A stretch of 64,000 nt of DNA from Chloroflexota bacterium. GTDB taxonomy: Bacteria > Chloroflexota > UBA6077 > FW602-bin22 > JACPRP01. The stretch lies in assembly GCA_023480885.1 (NCBI GenBank), contig JAMCWX010000066.1, positions 37,467-101,466 on the forward strand, in the 5' to 3' direction. Positions 61,290-64,000 of this stretch are shown one piece after another (the stretch's first letter is position 1; each line of letters begins with the position of its first letter). Position numbers and translations under genes: made by a program. The notes beneath the pieces were generated by a model. It ran no database searches, had not been told where the DNA came from, and worked only from the letters and a program-made list of their open reading frames with translations.

Positions 61290-61412
61290 TGACACCGACG
61301 TTTGTCGACGCTTCTCCGAGTCTTCCGGCCTAATGGCAATGCCTATGGCTGAGCAGACCGATTCGGGTAGGGGAGGAAACGATCCTGCCTCCGCGTGCTT
61401 GGAAAGGAGAGG
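61290..61412 (+). promoter_or_regulatory. candidate molybdenum-cofactor (Moco) riboswitch
   Basis: The leader contains CTCCGAG (61314-61320), internal hairpins, GCCTCCGCG (61387-61395) and TGGAAAGGAG (61400-61409). These are the blocks I recall as conserved in the Moco RNA motif, and the element lies upstream of mod genes. Confidence 0.45.
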
Positions 61413-61542
61413 GCGCGCTTTTGGGCGACCAGCTATCTCTGCGAAACAGGCACGAGATGCTGGTTTTCTTTTTCTGATTCTCTCAGTAAGGTCGACGCGT
61501 CCTGAAGAAATTCAGCTTTCGCTTGCCAGGGAGTTCTGACGC

Positions 61543-61842
61543 GTGGGCGAGGTGGACCTTTTCCCACTGTATTTGTCGCTGAAGGTGGCGGGGTTGGCCA
61601 CGGTGCTTTCTTTCATCGTGGGCACGGCTTTGGCTTTCACCAGGGCGCTAGGAGAGTTCGGGGCTACGTTGATGGTGGCGGGGAACATCCCTGGTCTGAC
61701 GCAGACAATGCCCATCGCGATTTACGACGCGGTTCAGTCTGGCAACACTGCCCTGGCCAATATTCTTGTGGGGCTGGTTACCGTCTTCGCGCTCGTGACC
61801 TTACTACTTCTCGAACGCGTCGGCAAGGTGACGCGGTGGTAA
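61543..61842 (+). CDS. modB: ModB-like ABC permease remnant (in-frame internal deletion; probably non-functional)
   Basis: The 99-aa product joins a ModB N-terminus ([25 protein letters not shown]) directly to a ModB C-terminus ([28 protein letters not shown]...). About 125 aa, including the EAA loop, are missing. Confidence 0.75.
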   Translation: MGEVDLFPLYLSLKVAGLATVLSFIVGTALAFTRALGEFGATLMVAGNIPGLTQTMPIAIYDAVQSGNTALANILVGLVTVFALVTLLLLERVGKVTRW

Positions 61843-61857
61843 TGGAGCCTTGGCTAA

Positions 61858-62979
61858 ATGATCGAAGTCGACATTGAAAAACGACTGAATGGCTTCCATC
61901 TGCGAGCTGCGTTCAAGGCAGGGAACGAGTTGGTGTCGCTGTTCGGGCCATCAGGCTCAGGCAAGACGCTGACGCTGCAGTCGATCGCCGGATTGGTCAG
62001 GCCGGATGAGGGCAGGATAGCAATCGGCGACCGAGTGGTATTCGATTCGCGCCTGGGAATCAACTTGCCGCCACAGAAGCGGCGGGTGGGATACGTTTTC
62101 CAGGATTACGCCCTGCTGCCGCATCTCTCAGTAGCCGAAAACATCGGCTACGGCCTACACGCGCTGCCGACAAAGGCGCGACGGGAGAAGGTTGTCGAAA
62201 TGCTCGATCTAATGCGTCTCGAAGGACTCGAAGCGCATCGGCCGCACGAGCTTTCAGGCGGACAACGGCAGCGGGTGGCCCTGGCTCGGGCCCTGGTCAT
62301 CCAGCCCTCCATTCTCCTCCTCGACGAGCCTTTCTCGGCGCTGGATAGCGCAATTCGCAGCAAGCTCCGGGCCGAACTGCTGCAACTGCTGCGGGGCATC
62401 GACATCACCGCGATCCTGGTAACGCACAGCCTCGAAGAGGCATACGTGCTCAGCGAAACTATGGTGGTATACGACGCTTCCACCGAGGCAGGTTCTGCGC
62501 AAACCAGAAAAGGCCGAGTGTTGCAGATCGGAAATCGTGAAGAGATTCTATATCGGCCCGCCTCGCGCGCAGTGGCTCGTTTCACTGGCGCTAAGAACAT
62601 CTTCTCCGGCACGGTGATTTCAGCGGGCAAAGATGGCCTGGAAATCCTCAGCGAAGGCTTCAGCATCGTCTCTCCTCCGTACGAACGTGCTGTAGGCGAT
62701 AAGGTAGAGTTTTGCATACGGCCCGAGCACATAATGCTGCTTCGACCTGACCAGGGGCTGGGTGCCCGCGTCAAGGAAAACCGACTACGAGGGCGCATCG
62801 TCCAGGAAATCAGCCGTGGGAGCAGCTTCACCCTCCTCTTCAAGATCGATGGCTTGCAGAACGGCAGGCCTTACGACTTGCAGGTCGAAATCCCCGCCCA
62901 CGTATACCAGAAGCTAGCCCTGGCCGATATCAAGGAATGGGTAGTGTCGCTGAAGAAAGACGCTATACACGTCTTCTGA
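61858..62979 (+). CDS. modC: molybdate-type ABC transporter ATPase with a C-terminal TOBE/Mop-like domain
   Basis: GPSGSGKT, RRVGYVFQDYALLPHLSV, LSGGQRQRVALARAL and LLLDEP, plus a C-terminal beta-rich domain of about 130 aa. Confidence 0.85.
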   Translation: MIEVDIEKRLNGFHLRAAFKAGNELVSLFGPSGSGKTLTLQSIAGLVRPDEGRIAIGDRVVFDSRLGINLPPQKRRVGYVFQDYALLPHLSVAENIGYGLHALPTKARREKVVEMLDLMRLEGLEAHRPHELSGGQRQRVALARALVIQPSILLLDEPFSALDSAIRSKLRAELLQLLRGIDITAILVTHSLEEAYVLSETMVVYDASTEAGSAQTRKGRVLQIGNREEILYRPASRAVARFTGAKNIFSGTVISAGKDGLEILSEGFSIVSPPYERAVGDKVEFCIRPEHIMLLRPDQGLGARVKENRLRGRIVQEISRGSSFTLLFKIDGLQNGRPYDLQVEIPAHVYQKLALADIKEWVVSLKKDAIHVF

Positions 62980-63026
62980 GTTCGGACGCTTGTCTGGCTT
63001 GATTGGCCTTCTCTAGTGGAGGATAG

Positions 63027-63866
63027 CTACAGGAGACTGGAGGAACTGACCTCGCAGTCGAACAGGGCGTCGATGTCTTGTTCCAGGAGTTCTTCGAGGG
63101 GTGTATGTTCCAGATAGCGCGGCCGGAACCACAGCTCTTGTCCCTCGCAACTAAGCACGAACGCCGATTGCGACCCGCATTCTAGGCGCTTGTTGCCGAA
63201 AGTCGCGCCAACTAACGCCTGGACGGAGTCGGCCATGCAACCGTCTTCGCCGACGGAGAGAACCACGCGCGGGTCCTTCTGGGCGACGCCGAAGATCTTC
63301 ATAGCGTGATACACCATCCTGGCGCCCGCGACGACGCCCGCGCAGCGCTCGCCGTGGAAGTTCTCCGCTTCGCGAACCATGCTGCGAAGGGCGTGCTCGG
63401 AATCCGGGTCGGCGAGCCGAGAAAGGTCACGCGCGCTGCGAGCGCAGAAAACCCCGTCGAAGCCGGCGGCGTGGGGCTTTAGATCGAGGACCGGCGTGCC
63501 GTCTGTCATATCCAGGCCATCTACGTGAAGCACGTTACCTTCGACGTTCAGCAGCTTCACAATCGTGACGCCGAGAGGATTGGGCCGCACAGGCGCGCGG
63601 CAAGCGAAGACGCCTCTCCGCACCTCGGTTTCCGTGTACCGCGGACGGCGCACCTGAAGAACGTCTCTATCAGCCTGGTGAAGCCAGCCCAAGACCATCA
63701 CGTGCGTGCTTCGCTCGATGCCCAACAAGCCTGGCGCGTACTCTGAGAATACCTCTACTCTGGCGGGAATGCCTTGCTTGGGCATCTCGCTGGATTTGCT
63801 GATCTGGCAGCGCACGACGCCGATGGGGCGCAGGTTCAGGCTGTTCAACTCCTGCCCTCCTGCCAC
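63027..63866 (-). CDS. fusion of a TsaA/TrmO-like domain and an FmdE-like domain
   Basis: The N-terminal half has the TrmO/YaeB pattern (RRGVFACRAPVRPNPLGVTIVKLL...LDMTDGTPVLDLKP). The C-terminal half has an FmdE-like pattern (FHGERCAGVVAGARMVYHAM...EDGCMADSVQALVGATFG). GTG start. Confidence 0.75.
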   Translation of the reverse strand: MAGGQELNSLNLRPIGVVRCQISKSSEMPKQGIPARVEVFSEYAPGLLGIERSTHVMVLGWLHQADRDVLQVRRPRYTETEVRRGVFACRAPVRPNPLGVTIVKLLNVEGNVLHVDGLDMTDGTPVLDLKPHAAGFDGVFCARSARDLSRLADPDSEHALRSMVREAENFHGERCAGVVAGARMVYHAMKIFGVAQKDPRVVLSVGEDGCMADSVQALVGATFGNKRLECGSQSAFVLSCEGQELWFRPRYLEHTPLEELLEQDIDALFDCEVSSSSLL

Positions 63867-64000
63867 TTATGCAGAAACATCAGGACCGCTTCGAGGACGC
63901 CACCACCGATAGCGAGCGCCTTATCTGAGACCGTGAAGCAGTGGTCAGGAATGGCTCTGGGATCGACATCGCCGATCTTCATACCCTTGAAAACGGAGAC
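63845..64000 (-). CDS. 3' end of an unidentified gene (5' end outside window)
   Basis: The minus-strand frame is open from the window edge to TGA at 63845-63847 (...KIGDVDPRAIPDHCFTVSDKALAIGGGVLEAVLMFLHKWQEGRS). It overlaps the next gene by 22 nt. Confidence 0.4.
   Translation of the reverse strand, partial: VSVFKGMKIGDVDPRAIPDHCFTVSDKALAIGGGVLEAVLMFLHKWQEGRS

Noticed and set aside
61249-61539. A 96-aa ORF that could have been a short ModA.
   Set aside because: It starts at the -35 box of the promoter, runs through the riboswitch-like leader and has no signal peptide or ModA motifs. The weak resemblance of its tail (RPEEIQLSLAREF) to a ModA C-terminus is too thin to call.

Overview
This is a 64-kb, gene-dense chromosomal window of roughly 58% GC. 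I found no rRNA, CRISPR array, IS element, integrase or prophage. The gene content includes a GH57 branching enzyme, a four-subunit 2-oxoacid:ferredoxin oxidoreductase, siroheme-route haem genes, molybdoenzymes, a multihaem cytochrome and hairpin repeats. That mix suggests an anaerobic or facultative Chloroflexota-like bacterium, but this is inference only.

Layout:
- 0-20 kb is housekeeping. It holds an MshA-like GT4 plus a PIG-L deacetylase, a bifunctional nuclease, a GH57 branching enzyme and an ArsA/Get3-like ATPase. It also holds a hemX-hemC-cobA/hemD-hemB-radical-SAM(Ahb)-hemL cluster, korDABC, a GlcD/GlcF-like oxidase, a SpoIID-domain protein and ndk.
- 21-52 kb is an arsenic- and molybdenum-themed accessory region. 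It starts with an internally shortened ACR3 gene and two divergent arsR genes.
- Next comes a Tat-exported Psr/Ttr/Arr-like molybdoenzyme locus in B-C-A order, with a TorD-like chaperone, a poly-ferredoxin and a lipoprotein cytochrome c.
- A binding-protein/histidine-kinase/LuxR-regulator trio lies directly upstream of that locus, separated from it by three tandem 87-bp hairpin repeats.
- A third arsR and a LIV-type ABC transporter (livF frameshifted) follow.
- The main candidate for a new system is an 11-gene operon. It joins two UroD/MtaA-type methyltransferase plus corrinoid-protein pairs, a second signal-less but membrane-anchored molybdoenzyme, a pterin-binding methyltransferase, ArsD and a two-piece ArsA.
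- Directly after that operon sits a 15-haem cytochrome built from tandem 47-aa di-haem modules.
- 52-64 kb holds a TPR protein, galT, an SDR, tRNA-Ala(CGC), a phosphoesterase and a PocR-GAF-PAS kinase with its regulator. It ends with a decayed molybdate-uptake locus (candidate Moco riboswitch, no modA, internally deleted modB, intact modC) and a TrmO-FmdE fusion gene.

All functional calls come from motifs read in the translations. No database search was run.
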